Shown here in pieces: positions 15,679 through 31,082 of a stretch of DNA of 64,000 bases. The notes below the pieces were generated by a model. It searched no databases, was not told the origin of the DNA, and saw only the letters and a list, made by a program, of their open reading frames with translations. Numbering within the stretch: the first letter of the stretch is position 1; each line of letters opens with the position of its first letter. The position numbers and the translations under genes were made by a program. The stretch is taken from the NCBI RefSeq assembly GCF_009914755.1, contig NC_060937.1; one strand, written 5' to 3'. The stretch comes from the human T2T-CHM13v2.0 reference genome, Homo sapiens.

Positions 15679-16485
15679 CTCTAGATGATAATCATAAATA
15701 ACATTTTGAGTGCTATATACCAGGTACACTATCTTACTTAATCTTCTCAGCAATTCTATGAAGTGACTGCTCTTATTTTCATTCCCAGGTTACATATGTA
15801 AAGTTTAAGTCTTATATAGATTAAACAAAGCTGCTTCTTATCAAATAGCTAGAAATCTACATAACCAGGATTTTGATCCCTGGTTGGCTGTAATAAAAAT
15901 CAAGGGCTATCCTTGATTCTTTAAAGGGAAGAGAGTTGCGGTGGTAATGCACAGAAAGGAGCTAACTGAGGGGGAGTTGGAAAAGAAGTTGGGAGATGGA
16001 AAGAGTATTGAACTGCTAATCTTTGGTTGATGTTCATTCCTCCGAGCTGGACTTGCGATGTTCCATCACCTCCTTTGAGACAGGAGATGCCATGAAGTCA
16101 GTCTTGCCTACTCCCAAATTCTGTATGCAGGTAGGCCGGCCTTAGCTCTGAATCACTGTTATCTTATTACCTAGTAGGGCCATGGCTGTTGGGAAGAGTG
16201 AGTGGTGGCTCCAGTAGAGGTAACAAGCAGTATTTTGTAAGTGAAGAGTGCTTTACAGTTCATAGACTTCCACTGAGTTCTCATGGTGTCCTGTCTCTGC
16301 GCTTGGCTCTTGTTGTCCCTCTGTTTGGAAAGCTCCCCTTCTAAAGAATCCTCCTTCAAGGTCTTACTCAGATGCTTCCACTTCCATGATCCCTTCCCCG
16401 ATGGCACCAGCCAGAATTCACGTTCCCTTTACTTGTGTCTGGATCACTCTGCTTCCCTGTCACCTAGATGATGTGAAACTTTCTA

Positions 16486-16772
16486 TTTTTTGAGACAGAG
16501 TCTCACTCTGTCACCCAGGCTGCAGTGCAATGGCGTGATCTCGGGTCACTGCAACTCCGCCTCCCACGTTCAAGGGATTCTGTTGCCTCAGCCTCCTGAG
16601 TAGCTGGGAATACAGGTGCACACCACCATGCCTGGCTAATTTTTGTATTTTTAGTAGAAACAGGGTTTCACCATGTTGGCCAGGCTGGTCTTGGACTCCT
16701 GACTTCAAGTGATGCATCCACCTCAGCCTCCCAAAGTGTTGGGATTACAGGTGTGAGCCACCGCACTTGGCC
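16486..16772 (-). mobile_element. Alu (AluSx/Sz-like)
   Basis: Full dimer; TSD atgtga(a/t)actttctatt. Confidence 0.95.
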
Positions 16773-17309
16773 AATGTGATACTTTCTATTGTGAACTGTA
16801 TCTACTTTCCTCCTATGCTGGTCCATAAATTCCATGAAGGGTAGTAGGTGCCCACTAAATATTTGTTTACTTGAGTTCAGTTTAATTATCCTCATAATAA
16901 CAACCTTGTGAAGTAAGCAGGACAGATGTTACCCTCTTTTTTAGATAAGAAGGCTGAGGATGAGAGCAACAGAATTACTTGTCTTGGGCATCCCATGAGA
17001 AGGTGTTGGCTAGAATCCTTGTGCAGTCTTTGACTCCTCATTGCAATGAAAACACGCTGAAGTTTTTAATTTCCTGGTGGTAATAGGCTTCCAATGTCTC
17101 TAATTATATATGGAGAAATTATGAAAATTAAAACTCGAACACTTATCTATGAAAATGGTTGCTTACGATGTTTCTCAAAACAACAAGCATTGTCTTGTTT
17201 TGCTTCTTTTGCCCAACAATAGTACAGAAGCAGTAATCAATACACAAATCCACTCAAGAGATGCTTGACCTCTCCTTAAATTTAACTCAAATTTGTACAC
17301 AAAAAAAAC

Positions 17310-17498
17310 TTCTTTTTTATTATTTTTTATTATTTATTTATTTATTTTTAGGAGACTGGATCTTGCTCTGTTGTCCAGGCTGTAATGCTGTGGCATGATC
17401 AGAGTTCACTGCAGTCTGGAACCCCAAAGATCAAGTGATCCTTCTGCCTCAGCCTCCTGAGTAGCTGGGACTACCGTCACACATCACCATGCCCAGCT
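17310..17498 (-). mobile_element. Alu right monomer (FRAM/AluJ-like)
   Basis: Single antisense right arm. Confidence 0.85.
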
Positions 17499-18594
17499 AT
17501 TCTTTTTTTTTTTTTTTGAGGTAAAATTTATATTAATAAATTGTACAGATTTTCAGAGTTCAGTTTGATGAGTTTTGACAGTTGTACATACCCTTTCTAA
17601 ATACATAACTTCTTGTAAATCTAAATGTGTGCATGTGTGCAAGAGAACGTGTAGTATATCTGAGACGGAGAAAGGATGGGGACAGGCGAAAGACACCGAG
17701 ATAGACCCAGAAAGACAGCATAAAGACAGACGTGTGAAAGGACCGGGTATTGCTCACCAATTCTGACATGGTATGTGGTCAAAAAAGAACAAAACAAATG
17801 CCAAACCACCTAAATAGACTCATTAGAAAAAGAGGTTAAAGATTGCTGAGTGACTCAGGGATATGTGGGCAGAAAGGAAAAGCTGAAGTTTCTGAGATCA
17901 AAAGCAAATTCCTTTCTTTGGCAACTCCATACATACATACACAAGGATAAAGCCATTCTTATCAAGGAAAAAGCAAACTATAGACAGTTACATTGCTGAA
18001 AAGTCATCAGTAAAAAGGAGAGAACCGTCAGAATGGCCTCAGAAGAGAGTCATATCTCAGTGGCTGAAATAATTTCTGCACAGATTCATAGGAGATATGG
18101 CAAGAAGCAGCACATCAAGATTGAATTTGTCTAATGCATGATGCATGGACTCATCCAGTGGAGGCTTGTTAAGTTTTTAATTCCGCTGAAAAAGTCAAAA
18201 GAGTAAACCATGTTTCCATACTCCTTATTTCATATCCCTAGTAACCAGACTGAGTTTCTAAAATGTCACTTGTAAAGGAATATTCCAGGAACACTGGCTA
18301 TAAATTATATTACAGGATCTGAAAGTGTTTTATGACTCAGGATTTCCTTATCTTATTTGGATTGCAACTTCCCTGGGTTGGCACAATGCTTCTTATCACC
18401 GAGATAGTCCTTACATATCAGTTGCTCGGTGATCTCTGTTTTATAAAATCAGTAATATTTCCAACTGCAATACCAAACTGGATTACTTTTCTGAAGTCTT
18501 TAAACAGAATACTTTTGAATAAAATAAAAGCTGTAAATCAAACTGGTGCACTCTCTTCACAGCTATTTCCATCTTGCAGATATCCCTGCCATGC

Positions 18595-18760
18595 AAGTCT
18601 CCAGAGTCACACTGCCTGGGTTTGGATCCTGATTCTACCACTCCACTGCCAGCGTGACTTTGGGAAAGTTACCTAACTTCTTGTTGCCAATTTGCTCATC
18701 TGTAAAATAGGGAAAATAGTACCTATTTCATAAGGATGCTGTGCAGACTAACTGAATAAT
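18595..18760 (+). mobile_element. MIR SINE
   Basis: ctgcctgggtttggatcc...gtgactttgggaaagttacctaac...ctcatctgtaaaataggg core. Confidence 0.8.
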
Positions 18761-18764
18761 AGCT

Positions 18765-19294
<530 letters not shown>

Positions 19295-20070
19295 AGGAGC
19301 TAGGAGCTGGGGACTGCTGTCTAGCGTACTCAGGGACTATAACCATGAGGGTGACAGTTGATACCTCTGATGTATAAGTAAGCATTTAATAAGTGTTAGT
19401 GTTGTCATTATAACTGTTATTAATTAGACCCATACCTACCAAATTTGTTTATCATAAACTCCCAAAAGGAATTAAAGTGTTTTAAATTTCTGCCAGGGTG
19501 ATTATAATTTATAATCACTATACAATACAGCCTCCACCATCACTATTTGCTCTGGCAAACCTGTAGGCTGTGCTCTCTCTGCTTCCCACTCTGTTCCCCA
19601 TCTTCCCCCGGCACCATATCCTTGACATCTCTTGCATAAATAGCATCTTCCCTGATACTCCAGCCTGTGGATGTATCGTACACCATCACAGAGCCTTATA
19701 GTTTTTCTTCCTAGCAACAAAGCATTTATCGCCCATGGAATTGCAGTCTTATATATTATTTATTCTTGTTTATTGAAGTCTGTCTCCTCACTAGACCCTA
19801 CTTTCCATGAGGGTAGGGAGGGTCCCTGTCTTGTTTCTTTCTACACTGCTGTTTCTCCCATATCTGGCATAGGAAATGGATGAATGAGTAGTTAGAGGTC
19901 TCCACTCAACTGTGCTATGATTAGGCAAATGGAGTTGGCAGGGCGCATAGCTCTTAGGCATCTGTGTTCTATACCTTTTCTTGTATTTCCTTTCAACATA
20001 TTTTGAAATTCTCATCATTTTAACTGTAGGTAAAGATCAAAGTTAATCTATAAGGCATACATTCTTTGTA

Positions 20071-20132
20071 TGGCCAGAGTAAAGAACTGAGTAAAGAACA
20101 GAGTAAAGAACTAACTGGCCAGAGTAAAGAAC
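20071..20132 (+). repeat. Complex micro-duplication: four copies of GAGTAAAGAAC
   Basis: tggccagagtaaagaac-tgagtaaagaac-agagtaaagaac-taac-tggccagagtaaagaac. Confidence 0.95.
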
Positions 20133-22606
20133 CAGGCTTTCTATTTTAGAGAAACAGAAAAAAAAAATCTCCTAAGGGGTAATAGATGTCTCATTTGCAT
20201 AGCCTGGTGTTTAGATCTCCTTAGTGTATTCTTATTTGTAATCATTCTGAACTAGCCATAAGCATCTTGATGAGACTCACTATCACAAACTCTTAACTCA
20301 TAGCCTATGGAGAAAAGAGATCATAATATTCAGATTTTAAGTTATTAACCAGAACGTAGCACAGAGATGGGAGGTCAGCACATTGGATGTGTGAGTGGGT
20401 GTGTGCACACAAAGGAGAGGGCTCAGGGCAAAGTTAACACTGATTGGAATAGGTCAGATTGAGGAGCAAAACGTGTGTGTTTTGATTTTTCTCTAGAAAG
20501 CAGGGTTGCTAGGGAACAATAATAGCCATATCATTACCTCCTAGGATATCACAACATATACATCACAGAAGTGATACAGACAAGAAAGCCAAACACAGAA
20601 CAGAGCAGAGGCAGAGGCAGAGAACGATTTTCAGATTTCAGATTTTCTGGCTCACCCTGTGTGGCGGTGGGATGATTCAGCAGGGCCAGGAAATGAGCAC
20701 AACACAGCATAGTTAAGGCCTGTCTGTCTGGTTTATAGATTCTCCACCCCCTTTGCCTTTATGTTCCCCTCTGCCTACATCTCCTCAACCCAAGCCTTGC
20801 TCATTCTCCACCAGTGAGTACGCAGCAAGTAAAAGTAAACTAATATTCACTGGCCAACTGTGACTCTGCATGAGAGATGGAATATCGTTAGCTTAGCCGT
20901 TGGCTTATTTATTTAGATACAGGTTTCACTGTTCCCAGCTATTTCTGCTTTACTCCTGGTCCCACCCTCTAATACAATAGATCAGCAAGAACAAACTGCC
21001 CAAAGCTTTCTGTGTTTCTCGCTGCTGTTCAGGGCCCTGTAAGGGAGAAGGGGCGTGCCGCTTAGGGAAGACAAGCAGGGATCTGCATTAAGCCCAGTTC
21101 GTGTTACATCAGAAGAATGAATTTCAAGGGTGGACAGGTGACAGGGAGGGTAGGTAAAATAGCCAGGGCTCGGGAATGGAGTCACCCTGAGAAATTAACT
21201 GGAGTGAATACCACTGGCACTAGCAGAAGTGAAAGACAAGGCCCAGGTGCAGGTTGACACTGGGAGGAGAATGGAGTGCTAACGGTTTAGTCATGGTTTC
21301 TTTATGGAAGGCAAAGGAGAATCAGAGAGCAAGCTGCCAAATTAAAAGTAAAAGCCCACTGGAGAAGGGCTGACTGGGAAACTATGGGGTAAAAGGCTGG
21401 GAGTGGGATCGGGGAAGTGGAAGAGGGATAGGGAGGAAGGAGGAATCAAGTCATTGGCTGTCTTACTGGAGTAAGATGAGATGTCTGTCTCTCCCATGCT
21501 GTAGGAGGCCCAGCCATGACATGAGTGATTTCACACCCTGTAAAGGAGCATTTAAAAAGAAGCCAGGCAGGTTTTGAAATATGAGGCCATGGTGTGGCTG
21601 ATTATATATCTTTGGCTGTTTTGTTTTTTTTTTCCCTAAGGCAATTACATTAAGTGCTTAACATCAATCCAGAAAGGAAAAAATGAGGGCACCATGGTTT
21701 TGGTGAGAGGATTTGGTGGGGGGCAGAGGGGGAAGGCTAAACTGTCTCCCTTCCAAATACAAACACTGCACATACAGAAAATAAGCTGTGTAGATCCTGA
21801 GTTCTGACTACAGTGGCGAAGGAACACACAGGGGCCTAAGAGAATGAGGTAATATTAGTTATGTCAACAGTTGCATGTTACAAATGCTGAAGGGGAGTGA
21901 AACTTGCCAAGTGTTAATGGAACTGCTGGAAAGAAAGACTACTGGGCACCTGCCACCAGCCGCCTGACCTGGCCAACCCCACCTGATCTGGGGCCCACAG
22001 CAAGCTGTCTTTCTTGTTTCTTCTTTCCCGTTGGGTCAAAAATAAAGGTTGTTCTCAGTATTTTTTAGAACCTGGCCTGATTGCAGGGCAATCAACCAAT
22101 GTCTGAGGGAATGCTGGGCATCAGATGCTGGGGAAAATGTGCCACTTCCAGGTATAAATGCCCCAAGAGCTTCCAGAGTTCTCACTCCAGTTGTTCCTTG
22201 GGGTGGTGTCATCCCCCAACAGAAGGGTCAGCCTTGGAGGGTCAACAGAGCAACCACAGAAACAAGAGTTGCTGAAACACTTTGTGGAACCCTGTGCAAA
22301 GAACCAGTGGTGAAAGTAATACACAGGCAAGTACCCAAAACGACCAGGGCTATGAGCTCACCTGGAAGCAAGAGACATTGCCTAACCCATAAGAGTACCA
22401 CAGTGCATACTTGTAAGACTGATGGAGTCATTCTGGCCTTCAGGAAACATCAAATAATGGAGGTGACAAGGAGAGTAGGAAATGGCCCAAAAAAACCCAT
22501 ACAGAAAAATACATTCATTTTAAAAGGACCTAATGAAGGAGCTTAGTTAAACAGAATAATTCCTTTGTAGTTTTCAATTTTCAATAAACATTTTCCTTTT
22601 CAATAA

Positions 22607-22947
<341 letters not shown>

Positions 22948-23669
22948 TAACATTTTCAAAAATAGAGAAAAGTAGAGAGAAGAGTAGAATGAGCCCCCAG
23001 GTACCCGTCACCCCACTCCAACAAACATCAACATTTGCCCTTCTTATTTTATCTGGTCCTACCCCTCTTTTTCCCTGGAATATTTCAAAGAAAAATCCCA
23101 GACATTTTACCATTTCACTCATAAATATTTCAGAATGTATTTACGAAAGTTTGCTTCATTTGTATTTTTGACAGAAATTTCCATCTGGAAGATAGAGAAC
23201 TTAAAGGGAATGTTACAAGGGGATAATGGTCTCAGGGAAGCAATAACTGAGAATTTTTGGCTTTCCTTCCTGCCTACCTGCTCTATGCTGCAGCATCACC
23301 CAAAGTCGCGGGTACGCATATTGTACTAAACACTTTTTTGTGTGGCTTCCCCAGAGCCCAGTGATTTCTGTTCCTTGGAAACTGATTAGTAGTAACGTCT
23401 CCTCGCTGTGATCCTGCCCTGTGGCCTTGAGGGAGTTCTTCCAAAGGTAGAGACTTTGGGTCAAGATGGGCCAATGGCATTCTTTCTCTCTGCTGGGATT
23501 TGAACGTGAGAGCAGAACATGTCAGGAAAAACTCTAGATGAAAGAGAAGGTCTCCTTACTTCTGCTGCTGAGAGCCTGGAAACTGCTCTACCCAAACCCA
23601 GGGAATATAAGTTATTGGCTTTCCCAAAGCTTGGGGTGGAATGACATTTGCTTAAATTCCATGACACAC

Positions 23670-24385
<716 letters not shown>

Positions 24386-24734
24386 GCTACTCTATGATCT
24401 TTCAGATAAACTCCCTCTCTATGCATTAGCTAGCCAGAACTGACTTTTACTCTTTGGCCAAAAGAACTTTAACAACTACACATCTCTCTAGAAGGAACCC
24501 ATGGCCTAGAGCATCAAGCAAGGACAACACTAATATAGAGATGAAAATGTTATGAAAACCTTCTGTGTTATGTTCACTGCCCTCTCCCTAACACCTAGCA
24601 CAGTGCTGAACATAGAATGGACATTCATTACCTATTTATTGGATAAATTGACTACTTATCTTCCCAGTAGAGAGGAGATTATAGAATCTGCCCATTATGG
24701 AGCAAGTCTTCTTGTCTTACTAGGAACATGGGTT

Positions 24735-24930
24735 TGGCTTTGGCTCTGACTCTGCCACTCTGTGTGAGTGAGTCACTTAGCCTCTTTGGACCTCAGTTTC
24801 CTCATCTATAAGCTGGGAATCATAAACTCAGCCAACCTTACAGAGATATTGTGAGGCTCAAATGAGGTCATGCTATATGGAAGCACTTGGTAACCTGTAA
24901 ATTGTTTGCAACTAAAAAGTATTATTATCT
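24735..24930 (+). mobile_element. MIR SINE
   Basis: cacttagcctctttggacctcagtttcctcatctataa core. Confidence 0.8.
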
Positions 24931-26444
24931 TTTCTAGCTGTGGATTCCATTCTGTCTATCTCAGCTTTTTGGCCCGAGAAGTCTTTAGGGCAAAAGTGGA
25001 TGATAAACTGCTTCTTTCATCATTGTTTTCCTGTTTCCATTCTAACCACTTCTTAAGCCTGGAGTCTGCTTTGGGGACTCTGTTTTATGGATTAAACTCT
25101 GTGAAGCCTAAGAACCAAAAGGATTCTTTTTTGTAAAGCCTATGGCATCTTCATTAATCTCATCAGGTACTCAAGATGCCTCCTGATGCATGTTGACTGA
25201 TGTCCACATATCCCTCTGATAATCAATAGTGTGGAGGCAGCAGCCTGATCCATTCGTATCTTCCTAGGGAGACACATGAACTCATCTTATTGGATGAGGG
25301 GTCTATGGAAAGAATGGGAAGCAGAGCACAGGAGAAATAAGTAACGGTCAGTGTTAGTAAGGCTTCCAGGTGCAGCTGTCCTGCCTGAGAGGCCACCAGG
25401 TTGGCAAGAAGCTAGTGGATGTCCTGCTACCTGAGTCTTGAAACAGCTTGAACTTTCCCATTTCCTGAACAGCCCAACACTTGCAGAACATTGCTGCATT
25501 GTTCTGTGCCCTGAGGTCTCCTGGTGGCGGGCCAACCCTAGGCTGTGCCGGCAAGCACATGGCTGCGATGATTTGTCTGTAGCTAGAGCCATTCACCTAG
25601 CTGAATGTGTTGGGACATTATCCCAGGGTGTTACCCACCCGAGGAAACAGGAGAGGGGCTATGGGGGAAGGGGATTACATCAGCATTATTATTGTTATTC
25701 ACTTATCAGATGGTTATTAATTATACTTCAATTAAAGGCTTGCAGTCTTTACAAGCATGAGCTCATCAGCCCTCACAATGCCCAAAGGAGGTCAAGAACC
25801 AGGAGACTGCTGATTTGCTCATGAATGCAGCTGACTTGAGTTTCAGAAATCCTGTGATCTGGTTTTCCCCTCTCTGTCCGGCCACTGGCCACTTCCCCTT
25901 CAGGAGCCCTCAATTCCCCCGATGTACAGTGGACAGATACATTATTCACTCGGCTGACTGGCGTCTGCAAAAGTGTCAAGGATCAAATTTTCCTTTCTAA
26001 ACCCTTCCACGGGTTAAAAAAAAAAAACGAAAAGAAAAAAAAAAAAACCAACAACAACAAAGGAGACATTTAACCAGGCGCTCCAATGCAGCCAGCTCGC
26101 CCTCAAGATCAATACACCAGGGAGGTAACTTCATGGGAATCCAAGGAGCAACAGTGGGGTGGTGAATTTTAATGAAGCCTCGTGCAGTTCCAGGTTGGCT
26201 TTCTGGCCAAGGGAGGTGGCACCCGGCTTTGGTAATCAGGAAGTTGTTTTGTGGCTGGAGGTCAAAGAACAGAAGGCAGCGTGAAGGAATGATAAATGGT
26301 GAGCCAGGAGCAGAGCCTTTCAGAAAGAAGCTGAGAGATGTGAAGGACGGAGGGCCTGCCCCTGCCAGCGCATCCCTGGGGCCCACTCTCCTCCCCAGGC
26401 GCCCAAGAGCCACCAAAGGCACTCAGCCAGCCAGGCCACACCCA

Positions 26445-26495
26445 AAGAACCGGGATCCTTTAAAATAAGAACCGGGATCCTTTAAAATAAGAACC
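26445..26495 (+). repeat. Perfect 22-bp tandem duplication (2.3 copies)
   Basis: aagaaccgggatcctttaaaat twice, then aagaacc. Confidence 0.97.
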
Positions 26496-26534
26496 ATGAA
26501 GAACAACTGCAGAGTGGGGTGTTTCGTTGTGTTG

Positions 26535-26536
<2 letters not shown>

Positions 26537-26580
<44 letters not shown>
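26537..26580 (+). repeat. (GT)22 microsatellite
   Basis: Uninterrupted GT run. Confidence 0.97.
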
Positions 26581-26582
<2 letters not shown>

Positions 26583-27188
26583 CTCTTCTTTCTTTTTTTT
26601 CTTTTTTATGAGGGGGTGGAATCTGTTGGGAGGCAGGAAAGGTACCAAGTTCCTGAGTGGCCCAGATGCCCCCACCTCCCGCATGGCTACAGAGTTAATA
26701 AAACCTGAAGGAAATGGAAAATGGGAGAAGCAGAAACCTGAGGCAAAAAGGGCCTTATCTTCAAAGAGATCGGCGTTTTGGTTACGGAAAAGGTTTTCCA
26801 ATTAAAAGCCTCCTGAAAGGAGTAAATAAAGAAATCCCCAGTTAGTTATCCTGCACCGAGTTGGGAGGAAAAGTCTTGGTGCTTTATTCTAGAAAGGGTT
26901 TGGGCTTTGCTGAGGCATTTTGAGTAAAGGGAGTCAGGGCTTTATCCTCCCCACCCCTCCTTCCTCTGTCCTTACCCAATGAGGCTTGTAGTGATCTAAT
27001 CTGAAAGAGATAAAGCCCAATTTCCTCAGCTCTGGAGCTGATAAACAAGCCAAAGACCAGCTCTGTTCACAGGGCAATAATTAAAGCTCTCAGGAATCTA
27101 AACAGCAAGGTGGTCAAAAGGACAAGGACAAACTCATATTTCCCAGTGCCATTCTGGGCAGCTGTGAGCACCTTGTGTTGGAATTTAA

Positions 27189-27529
<341 letters not shown>

Positions 27530-28567
27530 TCATCACCCATATCTTTATGGATTCAGCTAGACCCCTATCAAGCACATAACCAGCCAAAGTACTATGGAAC
27601 TCTGCTGATCACAGGCACCAAATGTGCTGTTAATTTAGCACTCTGTAGGAGGCAAGATTTGGCAAATACATACATATTTCTTGCTGATCAAGGAAGGATC
27701 TAAATCCTAGAAATTATATAATCCCATGTTGAAGTAGGGTGCCTTCTTTATTTAAAAATCATGCATAGCAAGGTACTGTCTGACATTGTTGCAATCTTAT
27801 TAGTTCTGCTGAGTAAGTTCTGTTCTTTGGAGTCTTTGGAATTAATAGACTAATGTGTGTGTATTGTGAGATGAGATGGGGCAGAGGGAGTGCAGCAAAA
27901 GGAAAGAATTTATGTGGCCATGCTATTAACACCCAGAGGCATCTTACAGGTGCGACCTGGTGAGAGGAGGGGAAAGGGTAGGGCAGAGACAGTGGGGACA
28001 TTCTGCCAAGAATCAGCCATACCTTAGCTCCCCTGAGAACATACGGGAAATGCCAACAGGAAATGCCAACAGGAAATGGACAGGTCTCCATTTGGATCAG
28101 AGGTAATCCTGGCTGGAACAGAAAACATAGATGTGGGCATCTGGTGGTTCTCTTCTCTGCACTTGGAGGACATAGTATGAACACCTTACTGGGATCAAGA
28201 GGAAGATAGAGTCTGTACTGAGGTGTCAATGGTTCTCACATTAAAAAATAAAAATTACTGAAACCTGTCTTTTTAAATGAAATTTTTCTTGGGGCTCAGA
28301 TATATAGAACAGATAAGTATGACATTTTTTTACTAGTATACATTTACTTTGAACATTTTTGTTTTTAATATTTGCTTATCAATAAGTAATAACAGCAAGA
28401 CAACTTTGAAGAACATAAATATTTGGAATTAGGTATCATGCTTTGCTCCACATCAATCCAAATTATCTATTTCAGTTGTCCTTGATTATGTTTTGGTTTT
28501 TAAAAAATTGTTTATGTACATCTATGCAACTAGAAAACCCTTATTCACATAAGTAGATGCAAACGGA

Positions 28568-28568
<1 letters not shown>

Positions 28569-28610
<42 letters not shown>
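28569..28610 (+). repeat. (TG)21 microsatellite
   Basis: Uninterrupted TG run. Confidence 0.97.
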
Positions 28611-28614
<4 letters not shown>

Positions 28615-29024
28615 AGATCTCCTATCAAGTATAGTATACTCCTCAAATGAATTAATCCAAAAACTTGGACAAGAAGTTGAAGAGATTTTTAGATTCAAAT
28701 TTTAGTCACAACAATATTTAACAATGGCTTGCATTTCTTATCATAATATAAAAGTCAGCATCAAACACCCTAACTTCAGAGTAAATGGTAAAATATCTCT
28801 AATAAAATACGACACTTTGACATGTAGTGATAAATGTGTCAAGGCTATGGGCCTTCACCTGGTTTGAGGTTTCATTGAGCTCTATAGTAATGCTATTTAA
28901 TTTTTACTTGAGCAGAGCAGCACTGGCCTAGTTTCAAAAAAAAAAAAAGTGAGAACCATTGAACTATGCAAAACTACCCACTTTTTTTTTCTAATTAATG
29001 ACATATTTACAAAAACTTCAAGTA

Positions 29025-29436
29025 TGTCTTAGTCTTTTTTTTCCTCTTGCTTATAGCAGAATAGTTGAAACTGGGTAAGTTCTAAGAAAAGAACTTTATT
29101 TCTTACAGTTATGGAAGCTAAGATGTCCAAGGTCAAGGGCCTGCATTTGGTGAGAGTCTTCCTGCTGTTGGGGACACTGGAGAATCCCAAGGCTGCACAG
29201 GGTATCATATGACAAGGGGGCTGGGCATGCTAGCTCAGGTCTCTCTTCTCTCTATAAAGCTATCAGTTCCCCTCCCATGATAACCCATTCATCTATTAAT
29301 CTATGAATAAATGAATTAATTAATCAGGGCAGAGCCCTCATGATTCAGTCACCTCTTAAAGGCACCACCTCCCAAAATTGCACATTGGTGATTAAGTTTC
29401 ACCATGTATTTTGAAGGGGACATTTAAGCCATGGCA
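29025..29436 (-). mobile_element. MaLR solo LTR (MSTD-like)
   Basis: tgtcttagtc...aaactgggtaag...gtccaaggtcaagggcctgcatttggtgag...ccatggca. Confidence 0.8.
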
Positions 29437-29689
29437 GCATATACTCACAGAGAAGGTAGAAGTTCCATACTGAAGAATTAACTCGATACCAAAATTAATG
29501 ATGGTCCTTAATACATAGAACTGTGTTATGTAATACATTTACATGAATGCTTCTTCTTGTATATTTTTTTAAATAACTAAAATGTATTTAAACCATAAAT
29601 TTGAATCAGACATTGGTAGAAATCCTAAAGAAACTTCTGAGAAATCTCTGCATCCAGTGTGGGAAGAGTTTGGATTCTGGAGGGGGGAA

Positions 29690-30270
29690 GATGAGAGGAG
29701 AGCTATATGAATGGTAAAGGAACGAGTCAGGTTGTAAAGGAGCTTATCCATAAAATTAAAGAGTTTGAAGTAGATTTTGAGAATCGTAAGCAAGAAAGTG
29801 GCATAATCAGGTCTGAATTTTAGAGATCAAACTGGCTGCAGTGTGGAGCCAGTGCTATTTCCCTTTGCTGATAGTGACATTTACCTGGGGAGACAATGGA
29901 TTTGGGTGAGAGTGGAGGGGAGGGGAAAAGGGCAATAGACTGATCAATTAGGAAGTGCTGTGACACAGGCCAGGGCTGATGATGGCCAGAACTAAAGTCA
30001 TAGGTCTGTGGCTAGAAGCAACAGGGGTGTAAATTGGGGTGTAAATTTAAGAGTTATTAGAGAGGCAAAATTGACAGGACTGTCATTGATCACATGGGGG
30101 CTGGGGATTGAGGTACAGAGGAGAAAGAGTAACACGAAATTTTCTGGCATGGGCAGTGAAGTGGAGGGGGTTTCCATCAGCATGACAGGAAATTCAAGAG
30201 GGAGAGGTTGCGGTGGGAGTGGAGGAAACAGATCATGAGCTCAGACATGTTGAGTTTGAGGTTGAAGCCA
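29690..30270 (-). mobile_element. L2 LINE fragment
   Basis: Purine-rich antisense L2 pattern (ctggctgcagtgtggag...agacatgttgagtttgagg). Confidence 0.65.
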
Positions 30271-30800
30271 GTAAGTTGTCACTGAGTCCTGGCAAAAACC
30301 ATGCTAAACAGAGTCCAGCACACAAAAACAGATAAGCAACAGATTTATCCTTCAAACAGCATATAACAAATATAAACAAATAATCTGATTATAAGGCAGA
30401 AGTGGTTGATGCTTTAAGGGAGGTGCATATCTCTGGAAAAAATAAGAGAGGGTAACTGAGAGGTTCGTGGGTCTTAAAAGATGAGTATGATTTGGCTTTT
30501 TGGAGCTGGGAAAGGAGGAAGGCAATGTAGGTAGGGACAACATGAGCCAGATACAGAGGCCAAAAAAAGAAAAAAATGACATTTAGGGGGAACTAGAATA
30601 ATTCAGTTTGTTGGCTTAGGGTAAACAATAGTGATAGGTAAGGCTGGAGGGGCAGACTATGGCAGGTCAGGAAATGACTCGACCACTATGCTTTATTGTG
30701 GAACTGATTCCATACCTGTGGGAAGCCAGTGAAGGGCTCTGACAGGAAAGAGCATGTGGTTAGGGTTCCCTGAGATATGGTTTACTTCCTTCACTTCCAA

Positions 30801-31019
30801 ACGACCAGCCTGGGCAACACAGGGAGACTCTGTCTACAAAAAATTTCAAAATTAGCTGTGTATGGTGGCACACACCTGTAGTCCCAGCTATTGGGGAGGC
30901 TAAGGTGGGAGGAGTCCTTGAGTCCAGGAACACTGAGGCTACAGTGAGCCATGATTGTGACTCTGCACTCCAGCCTGGGTGACAGAGGGAGACCTGGTCT
31001 CAAAAAAAGAAAAAAAAAA
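30801..31019 (+). mobile_element. 5'-truncated AluJ
   Basis: Starts at gaccagcctgggcaac; TSD cacttccaa. Confidence 0.9.
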
Positions 31020-31074
31020 TTCAAGACACTTCCAATGGCAGGGACTCTGACCGCAGAAGTTGCTGGGAAAGCAA

Positions 31075-31082
31075 TGACGTCA
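31075..31082. promoter_or_regulatory. Full palindromic CRE motif (TGACGTCA)
   Basis: Exact 8-mer with intact CpG in non-repeat DNA; function not shown. Confidence 0.35.

Noticed and set aside
22049-22546. 165-aa plus-strand ORF in unique DNA
   Set aside because: It has a non-ATG start, no recognisable domain and no convincing splice structure; it cannot be supported without homology data.
26204-26223. CTCF-like motif ggccaagggaggtggcac
   Set aside because: It has several mismatches in the 5' half of the core consensus.
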